From positions 1,906-65,905 of the forward strand of contig NZ_JAQTLY010000013.1 in assembly GCF_028714655.1 (NCBI RefSeq): a stretch of DNA of 64,000 bases, given 5' to 3'. The notes beneath the pieces are model-generated. The model saw only the letters and a list, made by a program, of their open reading frames with translations, was not told where the DNA came from and ran no database searches. Source of the stretch: Sulfurimonas sp. Its GTDB lineage: Bacteria > Campylobacterota > Campylobacteria > Campylobacterales > Sulfurimonadaceae. How positions within the stretch are numbered: position 1 is the stretch's first letter; every line of letters begins with the position of its first letter. Shown here in pieces: positions 37,100 through 46,316 of the stretch. A program made the translations under genes and the position numbers.

Positions 37100-37187
37100 T
37101 AGATTGCCGCGCCTCTTGCAGAGGCTCGCAATATCATCGCGAGAAGCAATGTGCAACAACCGTCATCGCGAAAAGCGAAGCAATCTC
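37100..37187. repeat. REP-like palindromic doublet, family A (copy 3, inverted)
   Basis: First 23 bp TAGATTGCCGCGCCTCTTGCAGA are the exact reverse complement of 12136-12158; lies between convergent bamA and ppx. Confidence 0.8.
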
Positions 37188-37213
37188 TGTTTGCTTAGTG
37201 ATGCCATTTATAT

Positions 37214-38686
37214 TCAGCTATAAAAAGAGATGTTTATACTGCCATTTTTAATTAGTTCTAATTTTTCTATACTCTCTTTTGCCAAATAAAGACTATTTTT
37301 AGACTCGATTTTTAGTTCGCCTTTTTCAAAACTAAGCGTAAAATCGATATTTCTCGGCTGATGGCTTAGCAAAGCTACACCCAGAGATAGAAGATAGCTA
37401 AGAGAGTTTAGCTGGTCTACGGCAGGAAGAAGATTTCTAAATTTATCTATATGCGCAGATGAAGGTAATTTTCTCTTTGCATATCGCGCCAGTGTTGCAA
37501 TAAGAATTATCTGTTTATGCGTAAAACCGAATTCCAAAGCATCTTCTATAAGATAGTAGCTGTGTCTGTTGTGGGAGTAGTAGTGGATAGAACTTCCGCT
37601 AATGTAGAGTTTCGCCGCGATTGCCAGCTCATAACGATAGTTTTTATCGATGTTAAGCGTTTCGCGGGTTAGGTCAAAAAGCTCTTTTGTAACTCTGCAA
37701 AGTTGGTTTGCATAAGCGATATTGTCAACATGTGAATCAAGTATATATCGCATAGATGTGTTGTAGTTTGGAGGAAATCTATCTTTTGCCGTTCTAAGCA
37801 AATCGGCTAAAAAAACACCCTCTCTCACACCGACACCGCTTGTGATTAGATTTTTTACTTTGAATTTTTTAAAGACCCTTAAAAGTATTAATGCACCCGG
37901 TTTTATAATATCAAACCTGCTGTTTTTTATGCCTAATTTTTGTAAATCATCTTCATCCGAAACCAAGATTTTTTTTAAAAGTTGTATAAATTCGTCATAG
38001 TTTGGCTCAAAAGCGTGAAGCTTTTGTATAGGATAATCGCTGTTGTTTAGTATGGCATTGGATATTGCCCTAAATGTGCCGCCGATTCCGATAATTGTTT
38101 GTGGATTGATATTTTGGAGTTGTGCCAGTTGTGAATCAATATATTTTTTAGCACCCTCGATATCGTTTTTGTCAAAAAACAGTTCTTTTAATCTTACCGT
38201 TCCGAGATTGAGAGAAATATTTAAACTAATCTCTTTATTGTTTACAAGTGAAAATTCAGTAGAACCGCCGCCGATATCGATGCTCAGGGCATTTTTTTGC
38301 TCAGGTAAAAGATTTGCGCATGCAATAGCGCCGAGGTACGCTTCTCTTTCCCCATCTATGACTTTTATCTGTATGCCCAGAGAGTTTTTTACTCTATTTA
38401 TAAAATCTTTTTTATTTGGTGCATCTCTAAGTGCAGAGGTGGCTACGCAGAGAGTTTTTCTGGCTTTAAGTGAAGAGATTATGGATGAAAAGTTATCTAA
38501 TGCGTCAAATGCTCTTTGCATCGGAGTCTCTTGAAGAACTCCGTTGTTTTGATAAGCATGCTCGGAGAGTCGAACCCTGCTTTTTGCTTCATGCAAAATA
38601 TGAAACGCAAAGCGAGAACTTTTTTCATAGACTACCATTCTAACCGAGTTAGAACCTATATCTATGACTGCTACTCTTTTTGACAT
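37214..38686 (-). CDS. ppx: Ppx/GppA family exopolyphosphatase / pppGpp phosphohydrolase
   Basis: VIDIGSNSVR, ATSALRDA, DGEREA, DIGGGSTE, GIGGT and GVREG. Confidence 0.92.
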   Translation of the reverse strand: MSKRVAVIDIGSNSVRMVVYEKSSRFAFHILHEAKSRVRLSEHAYQNNGVLQETPMQRAFDALDNFSSIISSLKARKTLCVATSALRDAPNKKDFINRVKNSLGIQIKVIDGEREAYLGAIACANLLPEQKNALSIDIGGGSTEFSLVNNKEISLNISLNLGTVRLKELFFDKNDIEGAKKYIDSQLAQLQNINPQTIIGIGGTFRAISNAILNNSDYPIQKLHAFEPNYDEFIQLLKKILVSDEDDLQKLGIKNSRFDIIKPGALILLRVFKKFKVKNLITSGVGVREGVFLADLLRTAKDRFPPNYNTSMRYILDSHVDNIAYANQLCRVTKELFDLTRETLNIDKNYRYELAIAAKLYISGSSIHYYSHNRHSYYLIEDALEFGFTHKQIILIATLARYAKRKLPSSAHIDKFRNLLPAVDQLNSLSYLLSLGVALLSHQPRNIDFTLSFEKGELKIESKNSLYLAKESIEKLELIKNGSINISFYS

Positions 38687-38696
38687 CTAATGCTTT

Positions 38697-38948
38697 TTAC
38701 TCTTCGTCTTGTAGTTGTTTGTATTTAAATTGAAGTTCCGCGATTGATTCTATATTGTCTTTATCAGGGATAATACAGTCAACAGGGCAAACTGATACAC
38801 ATGCAGGTTCATCATAAACACTGACACACTCCGTACAGCGATCAGGATCTATGAAATAGACAGGGTCTCCCTCTTCAATAGCCATAGTAGGGCACTCTTC
38901 ACGACACGCATCACATGCTATACATTCATCCATTATTATTAAAGCCAT
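38697..38948 (-). CDS. 2[4Fe-4S] ferredoxin (YfhL type)
   Basis: CIACDACREECP and CTEC-x8-CVSVCP. Confidence 0.92.
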   Translation of the reverse strand: MALIIMDECIACDACREECPTMAIEEGDPVYFIDPDRCTECVSVYDEPACVSVCPVDCIIPDKDNIESIAELQFKYKQLQDEE

Positions 38949-39053
38949 TTAAATACCTTCTAGTTATAATCCAATTTAAATACATCTCAAAAAATATATT
39001 TTTCATGTGCACGATTTATATCGAAATAAAGCTTTATTATTTTTTAAACTTTA

Positions 39054-40358
39054 CTATTTTTTATTTATAGGCAGTATGCATGAGAGTTTTGAGTTTAGGT
39101 TTATGCTGGCTACCGTTCCTGCAACACCGTCTGTTCTGTTTTTAATGCTTATTTTTGCGCCCAGTGCATCTGCCGCACTTTTAGCCAAAAAGAGTCCAAG
39201 ACCGACCCCCGGTTTATTTCCTTCTCTCTTAAACGGAGCAAAAAGGTCAGAACTCTCATCTATACCGCACCCTTCGTCTATCACTTCGATAAGCAAACCA
39301 TAGCTGTTTAGCGAACTTATAAGAGATACGCTTTTGTCTTTAGGAGTAAATTTTAGCGCATTTTGCAGAAAATTTTGAATGATTTGGTTTAGCAGGCTTA
39401 CTTGAAGAAATGCCATATATCCGTTTGGTTCAAAACTCATATAAAGTGTTTTACCCTCGTTTTCTGCTAAAAGTTTAAAATCGTCCGCTTTTTGATGAAG
39501 AACCTCTATAACATCTACCTCTTGAGGTTTTTCTAACTGTGCACCCTCTTGGCGACCGATATTGAGAATATTTGAGACGATGATATTCATCTCGTCTACC
39601 GTCTTGTTCGTCACTTTAAGAGCATCTATATACTCTTCTGCCGAGCGTTTCTTTATAAGAGTCACTTGATTTTTTAGTTTTATAACGGCAAGCGGTGTTT
39701 TTAGCTCATGTGCCGTTCCGATAAATAACTCCTTTTGGTATTTGACAAAGTTTTGGATCCTTGCTATTAAGTGATTAATAGTCGTGCCAAGCGGTTCAAA
39801 CTCTTCAGGCAGCTCTTCTACTACTATCGGGCGCATAAGATGTTCATTCATATTTGAAAGTTTGTTGCTTAGAGTCTTAACGGGTGTCACCAACATTTTG
39901 GATAATCCGATAGCATAAATAACAACAAGCAGAAATCCTGCAATATTTATAATAAAAAGGTAGTTTAGTATTTTATCAAGAAGTAGTTTAGTAGATGTTA
40001 TCTCTTTTGTGATTTTCAGGTAGCTTAGCTCATCCAAATTAAAAGGATATATGAGTGTTAAGTATGATTTTGAATTTTTTGTCATTTCGTATAGGTCAAT
40101 ATCCAAATGTGCTTTATTTAGATGAACTATCTCAATACTTAACCCCAAATATGTTTCAGGGGTGGGTATTTCGCTACCGTATATAGATTGATTGTTTGCT
40201 ACATTTTTTGCATAGTTGAGAAGTTCTTGATGTTTCTCCTCGATGATGGATCTTTGGATATAGAAGTATAAAAGAGATGAAAATATAAATATAAGCGATG
40301 CGGAAGCAAAGATAAGTTGGATTAAAAAGCTTTGTCTGATACTTCTTTTTGAGAACAT
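39054..40358 (-). CDS. Sensor histidine kinase, probable cognate of the upstream OmpR-type regulator
   Basis: Two TMs, HAMP, H-box AHELKTPL, N-box NFLQNALKF, G-boxes DEGCGI and GVGLGL. Confidence 0.92.
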   Translation of the reverse strand: MFSKRSIRQSFLIQLIFASASLIFIFSSLLYFYIQRSIIEEKHQELLNYAKNVANNQSIYGSEIPTPETYLGLSIEIVHLNKAHLDIDLYEMTKNSKSYLTLIYPFNLDELSYLKITKEITSTKLLLDKILNYLFIINIAGFLLVVIYAIGLSKMLVTPVKTLSNKLSNMNEHLMRPIVVEELPEEFEPLGTTINHLIARIQNFVKYQKELFIGTAHELKTPLAVIKLKNQVTLIKKRSAEEYIDALKVTNKTVDEMNIIVSNILNIGRQEGAQLEKPQEVDVIEVLHQKADDFKLLAENEGKTLYMSFEPNGYMAFLQVSLLNQIIQNFLQNALKFTPKDKSVSLISSLNSYGLLIEVIDEGCGIDESSDLFAPFKREGNKPGVGLGLFLAKSAADALGAKISIKNRTDGVAGTVASINLNSKLSCILPINKK

Positions 40359-40426
40359 CTCTTTACCTTATAGAAACAAAAGTGTGTAATTGTAGCCTAT
40401 TTAGTAGAAACTTATGATTAAGCAAG

Positions 40427-40456
40427 AGATTGACCCCGTGCTCGGCACGGAGTAAT
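40427..40456. repeat. Single GC-rich REP-like hairpin
   Basis: AGATTGACCCCGTGC-TCG-GCACGGAGTAAT, 10 nt beyond the regulator stop. Confidence 0.5.
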
Positions 40457-40466
40457 TTTAGTCGGA

Positions 40467-41141
40467 TTAGTTAATCTCTTTTGGAAAGCAGAAACGGTAA
40501 CCGCGGCGACGAACAGTCTCAATGGTAGTTATATTTAAAGGTTTGTCCATCTTTTGTCTAATCTGGTTAATAGCAACCTCAATTACATTTGGTGTAACGA
40601 GTTCAGGCTCTTCCCAAATCGCATCAAGCAGTTGCTCTTTGGATACGATTTGATCACGGTGACGCGCCAAGTGAGTAAGAACCTCAAAAGGTTTGCCTTT
40701 AAGCTCTATCTCTTGATCTTTGTAAGTGATTTTTTCCTCTTCAGGGTTAATTATTAAATCTTCGATTTCGATAATATTGCTGCCGCCAAAACGAAGACGA
40801 GCATCAAGACGAGCAACTAAAACATCAAAATCAAACGGTTTTCTTATATAGTCGTCGGCTCCGCTTCTTAGAGCTTCGATTTCGCTCTCATTGTCATCTC
40901 TTGCAGATAAAACCACAACAACCGTTTTTGGAGTTTTTGATTTAATATCACCTATAATGTCAACGCTATTTCCATCCGGAAGCATCCAGTCCATCAATAC
41001 TAAATCGTAATTGCGAATATCTAAGTAGTATTCTCCATCTTTAAGAGTCTCTACTACATCGCTTTGGTAGCCAAACTCTTTTAATCCCTCGGCAAGCATT
41101 TTGTTTAATGTAACTTCATCTTCTATAATAAGAATGCGCAT
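40467..41141 (-). CDS. hsrA: OmpR-family response regulator, HsrA/CosR (HP1043) orthologue
   Basis: LKGKPFEVLTHLARHRDQIVSKEQLLDAIWEEPELVTPNVIEVAINQIRQKMDKPL is characteristic; position next to folB. Confidence 0.85.
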   Translation of the reverse strand: MRILIIEDEVTLNKMLAEGLKEFGYQSDVVETLKDGEYYLDIRNYDLVLMDWMLPDGNSVDIIGDIKSKTPKTVVVVLSARDDNESEIEALRSGADDYIRKPFDFDVLVARLDARLRFGGSNIIEIEDLIINPEEEKITYKDQEIELKGKPFEVLTHLARHRDQIVSKEQLLDAIWEEPELVTPNVIEVAINQIRQKMDKPLNITTIETVRRRGYRFCFPKEIN

Positions 41142-41242
41142 AAATTGTGTCCTATAAGTGAATATTTTGTCGGAATGATATCATATTTTTAGGTTAATTT
41201 AAAGAAAATTTCAATTTTTTTTAATAATTTTTTAACTTATAT

Positions 41243-41572
41243 TTAAGATTTGGTTTTGTAATAATTGCTTACACTCACCTTACAACCCTCTAAAATAGAC
41301 GGTTTCGTTATTTTTAAATGTATACTTTTTATGGTGTTGAATTCTTTAATTAATTTTAAATTTATATTCTCTAAAGCATCTTCAATTAGTAAAAACTCAC
41401 TCTTTTTCATCATATTTTTAACAATTTCGACAACATCTGCATAATTTATAAACTTTTTTTGGTAGTCATACTCAATAGCAAGATTTATAATTACATCTTG
41501 AGGCGTAGTTCTCTCAAAATCCAAAATTCCAATAATGCATTGAAATTTCAAATCTTCTATATGTATCGTCAT
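41243..41572 (-). CDS. folB: Dihydroneopterin aldolase
   Basis: IIGILDFERTTPQ, INYAD, LIEDA and KITKP. Confidence 0.8.
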   Translation of the reverse strand: MTIHIEDLKFQCIIGILDFERTTPQDVIINLAIEYDYQKKFINYADVVEIVKNMMKKSEFLLIEDALENINLKLIKEFNTIKSIHLKITKPSILEGCKVSVSNYYKTKS

Positions 41573-42183
41573 ACGACTCTTTTTTCTTCACCTTTTAAAA
41601 GACGAATAATATTTGGGATATGTTTATAAAAAAGTATAAATCCTATGATAACTACGGGAGCATGAGCCATATCGGGATGGAGTATAAAACTGGCAATCAT
41701 AAGCGATACAAGAGCCGTAAGTGAAGAGAGTGAAGAGATACGGATAAATTTTGCGCCGAGTGCCCAAACAACAAGTGCGATAACGGTTTCAAGCGGAAGC
41801 ATAAACATCATAACTCCCATCCCGGTTGCCACGCCTTTGCCGCCTTCAAAGTTTAAGTATGGGCTAAAACAGTGACCGATTACGGCTAAAACGGATATGC
41901 CCCAAAGCGTAGCTTCGCTAACTCCCGCAAAATATGCAACAATTAAAACTAAAACACCTTTGATGGCATCAAGAGCCAGTGTTGCTGCGCCGAGTTTTTT
42001 TGCCAGAAAGGGATTTGTCTCTTTGACGACTCTTAAAACATTTGTTGCGCCGATACTGCCCGAACCGCTTGCTTTAATGTCTACACCTGCATATTTTTTA
42101 GCCAAAAGCAGACCAAAAGGAATACCGCCTACTAAATAAGCCGCTATAAAAAACTGAGCATTCGTGTTAAATAAAAAATCCAT
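41569..42183 (-). CDS. plsY: Glycerol-3-phosphate acyltransferase
   Basis: GSGSIGATNVLR, GHCFSPYLNFEGGKGVATG and HIPNIIRL. Confidence 0.95.
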   Translation of the reverse strand: MDFLFNTNAQFFIAAYLVGGIPFGLLLAKKYAGVDIKASGSGSIGATNVLRVVKETNPFLAKKLGAATLALDAIKGVLVLIVAYFAGVSEATLWGISVLAVIGHCFSPYLNFEGGKGVATGMGVMMFMLPLETVIALVVWALGAKFIRISSLSSLTALVSLMIASFILHPDMAHAPVVIIGFILFYKHIPNIIRLLKGEEKRVV

Positions 42184-42297
42184 AAATCAACCTGTTAAAA
42201 TTTTTTAGTATTGTACATAAGATACTATTATAGAGATATAAAATCTATTTGCTATATTTGGTATAATAACGCCACTATAAAAATATGAGGAATTTTT

Positions 42298-43296
42298 TTG
42301 CAGCTTACAAATGAAGAATTAAAACAAAAAATTAGCGAATACAAAAAAAAGTTAAGTGTAACCGTTGTTGCCCATTTTTACCAAAGAGATGAAGTTTTTG
42401 AAGTCGGCGATATAACGGGTGATTCTCTTGAGCTTGCAATCAAAACAAGAGACGACAACTCTGAATTTGTCGTTTTCTGCGGTGTAGGGTTTATGGGACA
42501 GAGCGTAAAAGTTCTCTCTCCGAACAAAAGAGTCGTTATGCCAAAAGCCGCATGTTGTGCGATGGCTGTAATGATAGACGGTATGCAGTTTGACTCATCC
42601 GTTAAAGCGCTTAACGAAGCGGGAATACCGAATGAAAACATCTTGCCGATTACTTATATAAACTCAAATGCCGATGTGAAAGCAAAAGTCGGAGAGATGG
42701 GCGGTATGGTTTGTACAAGCTCAAATGCGAAAAAAATTATAACAACCGCTTTGCAAGAAGGAAAAAAGATACTTTTCGTTCCCGATAGATGCTTGGGGCA
42801 AAATATAGCAAATCAAATGGGGCTAAAATCTTGTGTAATCGGCGACGGCTCAAACCTGCTTGAAGCAGACATAATATGTTTTAACGGTTTTTGCTCCGTG
42901 CATCAGCTTTTTACGGTTGAGGATATAAAATTTTACCGTAAAAAATATCCGGGAATTTTGATAGCAGTGCATCCTGAGTGCGATCCTGCTATTTGCAGTG
43001 CGGCTGATTTTGTGGGTTCGACCTCTCAGCTCATAAAGTATATAAGAGAGTTGCCCGAAGATCAAAAAGTAGCGGTGGGAACTGAATTTAACCTTGTAAA
43101 CCGTCTTCGTCCTAAAAATACTTTCGTTCTCTCTTCAACAAAACCTGAGTGCCCGACTATGAATGAGACGACGCTTAAAGATGTTTATGATGTACTGAAG
43201 TCCATTGACGAGGGTGAACCTTTAAATGAGATATTTGTGGATGAAAAAACGCAAAAATGGGCAAAAATTGCCTTAGAGAGAATGTTGGCGCTATGA
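42298..43296 (+). CDS. nadA: Quinolinate synthase
   Basis: VAHFYQ, GDSLEL, FCGVGFM, YINS, CTSSNA, CSVH and HPEC; TTG start with GAGG RBS; TGGTATAAT at 42259-42267. Confidence 0.95.
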   Translation: MQLTNEELKQKISEYKKKLSVTVVAHFYQRDEVFEVGDITGDSLELAIKTRDDNSEFVVFCGVGFMGQSVKVLSPNKRVVMPKAACCAMAVMIDGMQFDSSVKALNEAGIPNENILPITYINSNADVKAKVGEMGGMVCTSSNAKKIITTALQEGKKILFVPDRCLGQNIANQMGLKSCVIGDGSNLLEADIICFNGFCSVHQLFTVEDIKFYRKKYPGILIAVHPECDPAICSAADFVGSTSQLIKYIRELPEDQKVAVGTEFNLVNRLRPKNTFVLSSTKPECPTMNETTLKDVYDVLKSIDEGEPLNEIFVDEKTQKWAKIALERMLAL

Positions 43297-44108
43297 TAGA
43301 AGAGTTTGTAAAAGCAACGCTGGCTCAGGATGTAGGTCGCGGTGATTTGTATGCACTGGTTGAACCCAGCGTGGATGCAACCGCAAAGATAATTGCAAAA
43401 AGCGACGGCGTTATGGCGGGAGCAGAGTATATAAATGTTTTGGCAAAGTTAGAAAATTTTGAGATAAAATGGAATAAAAACGACTCGCAAATTTTTAGCA
43501 AAGGTGATGTTTTGGCAACTTTGCGCGGAACTTCGCATATACTTTTAAAAATCGAGAGGACTCTTTTAAATATGCTTCTGCACGCAAGTTCAATAGCAAC
43601 TTTGACCAAAAAATATGCAGATATAGTGGAACCTTACGGTGTTAAACTTTTAGATACCAGAAAAACAAGACCGCTTTTGAGAGTGTTTGAAAAGTATGCT
43701 ACAAGATGCGGCGGAGCGGTTAATCATCGTATGGGTTTGGATGACTCTTTAATGATAAAAGATACGCATCATAAAACCATAAAAGATCTAAAAAGTTATA
43801 TACAAAAAGCAAGAAAAGTCATTCCTTTTACTTCAAAAATAGAAGTAGAAGTTGAAGATTTTGAGATGGCAAAAGTAGCATTTGCCGCGGGAGCCGATAT
43901 CGTTATGTGTGACAATATGACGCCTTTGCAGGTGGAAGAAATTGTAAAATACAGAGATGAAAATTTCTCACATATACTCCTTGAAGCAAGCGGCAATATA
44001 TCGTTTGAAACCATAGAGGGCTACGCTAAAACAGGAGTTGACGCTATTAGCAGCGGTTCGCTTATACATCAAGCAAATTGGATAGATTTGTCTATGAAAA
44101 TAGATTGA
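43293..44108 (+). CDS. nadC: Nicotinate-nucleotide diphosphorylase (quinolinate phosphoribosyltransferase)
   Basis: LLDTRKTRP, NHRMGLDDSLMIKDTH, EVEVE, MCDNM and EASGNI; ATGA overlap with nadA. Confidence 0.95.
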   Translation: MIEEFVKATLAQDVGRGDLYALVEPSVDATAKIIAKSDGVMAGAEYINVLAKLENFEIKWNKNDSQIFSKGDVLATLRGTSHILLKIERTLLNMLLHASSIATLTKKYADIVEPYGVKLLDTRKTRPLLRVFEKYATRCGGAVNHRMGLDDSLMIKDTHHKTIKDLKSYIQKARKVIPFTSKIEVEVEDFEMAKVAFAAGADIVMCDNMTPLQVEEIVKYRDENFSHILLEASGNISFETIEGYAKTGVDAISSGSLIHQANWIDLSMKID

Positions 44109-44120
44109 AGTTTGTGCAAT

Positions 44121-44317
44121 ATTTGTGTAGATTCTTCTAGGAGAGACTAATGGCAGATGATGCCAAAATAACAGAAGATTACATTATTTTGAACGAAAAA
44201 GGAACAAGTCCCTTTTTCTGCGCTAGCCGCTATGGCTACTAAAGCAAATCTTATTCAAGATTTGTGTAGATTCTTCTAGGAGAGACTAATGGCAGATGAT
44301 GCTGAAAAAACAGAAGA
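44121..44317 (+). repeat. 58-bp direct repeat (period 139 bp) of the flhB RBS and first codons
   Basis: 44121-44163 is identical to 44260-44302 (43 bp); the next 15 bp have 3 mismatches. Confidence 0.92.
44150..44242 (+). other. 30-codon upstream ORF created by the duplication (MADDAKITEDYIILNEKGTSPFFCASRYGY)
   Basis: Same AGGAG RBS and ATG context as flhB; TAA at 44240-44242. Expression is not shown. Confidence 0.4.
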
Positions 44318-45341
44318 ACCCACCTCCAAGAAGATAGAGGATGCAAGAAAAGAGGGAAATGTTCCCAAATCTCAAGAGACTTCGGGAGTCTTAACTCTTT
44401 TTGTTGCAATTTTGGCTTTTTTATTGCTTTTTCCATATATGAAAGAGCATATAGCACTCTTGTTTAAGTACTACTTTTCGCTGCTGGGTATGCCTCTTGA
44501 TAAAGCACTGATGATTGATATCGCTATAGTAACGGTTAGAGAGTTTCTTCTTATAGTAATGCCCCTTTCTCTTGCGGTTGCAGTTGCCGGTGTTGCAGCA
44601 GCAGTTGCTCAATTTGGTTTTTTATTTACGACAAAAGCAATTACTCCCGATTTTGCAAAAATAGACCCTATAAAGGGAACAAAAAATCTGTTTTCGATAA
44701 GAAAAATGATTGAAGGTATAAAGATAACATTTAAATCTTTTATTACTTTAGGCGTTGGATTTATCTTCTTTTTTTTATTTATAGCCGAATTACCTACGGT
44801 TGCACTTTTTGGACTCGGCGATCAGATGGAGTGGCTTAAGAGTAAAACTCTTATTATCGCATTTGTTATGCTTTTGGTTATATTCGTTTTTGCCATGATT
44901 GATTTGATAATAGTTCGAAAACAGTATTTTGACGGACTTAAGATGAGTAAGCAAGAGATTAAAGATGAGATGAAAAATATGGACGGGGATCCGCACATTA
45001 AAGCAAAAATCCGTCAAATTCAGATGCAGGCTTCAAGAAAAAGGATGATGGCGGCAGTTCCAAGCGCGGATGTCGTTATAACAAATCCGACTCACTATGC
45101 AGTTGCAATAAAGTATGACGAAGAGAAATCGCATGCGCCTATCGTTGTAGCAAAGGGTATGGACAATATTGCCCAGCAGATTAAAAAAGTAGCCAGAGAA
45201 AACGGGGTGCATATAGTTCAAAATCCTCCGCTTGCCAGAAACCTATACGCACAAGTTGATTTGGACAGACCTATTCCTACCGAGCTTTTTGCGGCGGTTG
45301 CAGAGGTGTTGGCTTATGTTTATAAAATGAATAGGAAATAG
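44289..45341 (+). CDS. flhB: Flagellar export protein FlhB
   Basis: EKTEEPTSKK, four TMs, LKMSKQEIKDE, ITNPTHYAVA (NPTH autocleavage) and AEVLAYVY. Confidence 0.97.
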   Translation: MADDAEKTEEPTSKKIEDARKEGNVPKSQETSGVLTLFVAILAFLLLFPYMKEHIALLFKYYFSLLGMPLDKALMIDIAIVTVREFLLIVMPLSLAVAVAGVAAAVAQFGFLFTTKAITPDFAKIDPIKGTKNLFSIRKMIEGIKITFKSFITLGVGFIFFFLFIAELPTVALFGLGDQMEWLKSKTLIIAFVMLLVIFVFAMIDLIIVRKQYFDGLKMSKQEIKDEMKNMDGDPHIKAKIRQIQMQASRKRMMAAVPSADVVITNPTHYAVAIKYDEEKSHAPIVVAKGMDNIAQQIKKVARENGVHIVQNPPLARNLYAQVDLDRPIPTELFAAVAEVLAYVYKMNRK

Positions 45342-45371
45342 TATATAATTTTGAATCTAAAGAGAGTTTTT

Positions 45372-46316
45372 ATGAACAAAATTATACAAATGATAAAAAG
45401 CGCCGACCATATCGTTGTGGTGTCACATCTCAACCCCGATGCGGATTCGATAGGGAGTGCGAGTGCGATGTATAGCTTTTTGCTGCAAAACCATAAAAAA
45501 GTTTCATGGTTTTGTAAAACAGAAATTATAGATCAAAAACTCTCATGTATACCATGGTTTGAAAAGATTAGAACATCATTCCCAAGTTCTGCGGATTTAG
45601 CAATTTCGCTAGATTGTGCCGATAAAAAACGCTTAGGCGCGGAGATAGAGTGTGATTTGATAAACATAGACCATCATGCTAGTAACACTTTTTACGGCAG
45701 TGTAAATTTTGTTAAAGCTGATTTTATAAGTACGACTGAGATTTTATATGATTTTTTTACGATAAACGGCGTAAAAATAAACAAAAAGATGGCTACAGCT
45801 TTATATGCAGGGCTTTTGGATGATTCCGACGCTTTTTTATCCGATAGAGTCGATGGCACGACATTTGCTACCGTAAAAGAGTTGATAGAATTAGGGGCTG
45901 ATTTTAAGCTCTGTAATAAAAATATCGTAAAAAGCATCTCATTGGCAGCTTTGAGATTAAAAGCAATAATGTTTAAAAATATGTCGCTTGAGTGTGACGG
46001 AAAGGTTGCGCTGTTTTGCGTAAGCGATGAAGATATGAAAGCAAGCGGTGCGGTTGCAGAAGATTGCGAAGCTCCGCTTGAAGAGTCGTTAAATCTTGCT
46101 TATGTGGAAGTTGCTTTGCTTCTTAGGCAAAACAGCGATTTTACGATAAAAGGTTCGCTTCGTTCAAAATCTAGTGTCGATGTCGCCAAAATAGCCTCAG
46201 AAGCAGGGGGCGGCGGGCATGCCTATAGAGCAGGTTTTGATCTAAATAGTACGCTATCTTTAGAGGAAGCAAAGAGTGAAATATTAATTTTAATAAAAAA
46301 AGGATTTGTAGTTTGA
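45372..46316 (+). CDS. DHH/DHHA1 phosphoesterase (NrnA-like oligoribonuclease / pAp phosphatase)
   Basis: SHLNPDADSIGS, IDHH, STTE and GGGGHAYRAG. Confidence 0.88.
   Translation: MNKIIQMIKSADHIVVVSHLNPDADSIGSASAMYSFLLQNHKKVSWFCKTEIIDQKLSCIPWFEKIRTSFPSSADLAISLDCADKKRLGAEIECDLINIDHHASNTFYGSVNFVKADFISTTEILYDFFTINGVKINKKMATALYAGLLDDSDAFLSDRVDGTTFATVKELIELGADFKLCNKNIVKSISLAALRLKAIMFKNMSLECDGKVALFCVSDEDMKASGAVAEDCEAPLEESLNLAYVEVALLLRQNSDFTIKGSLRSKSSVDVAKIASEAGGGGHAYRAGFDLNSTLSLEEAKSEILILIKKGFVV

Noticed and set aside
41190-41225. TTTAAAGAAAATTTCAATTT upstream of hsrA as an autoregulatory CosR/HsrA box
   Set aside because: It resembles my memory of the consensus but cannot be told apart from AT-rich background by eye.
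43257-43292. Longer 5' extensions in the ORF track (nadC 43257, thrB 48956, ubiE 54634, traT 23461, gyrA 8108, yqhA 2348)
   Set aside because: Downstream starts have better RBS or stop-start coupling and match where family homology begins.
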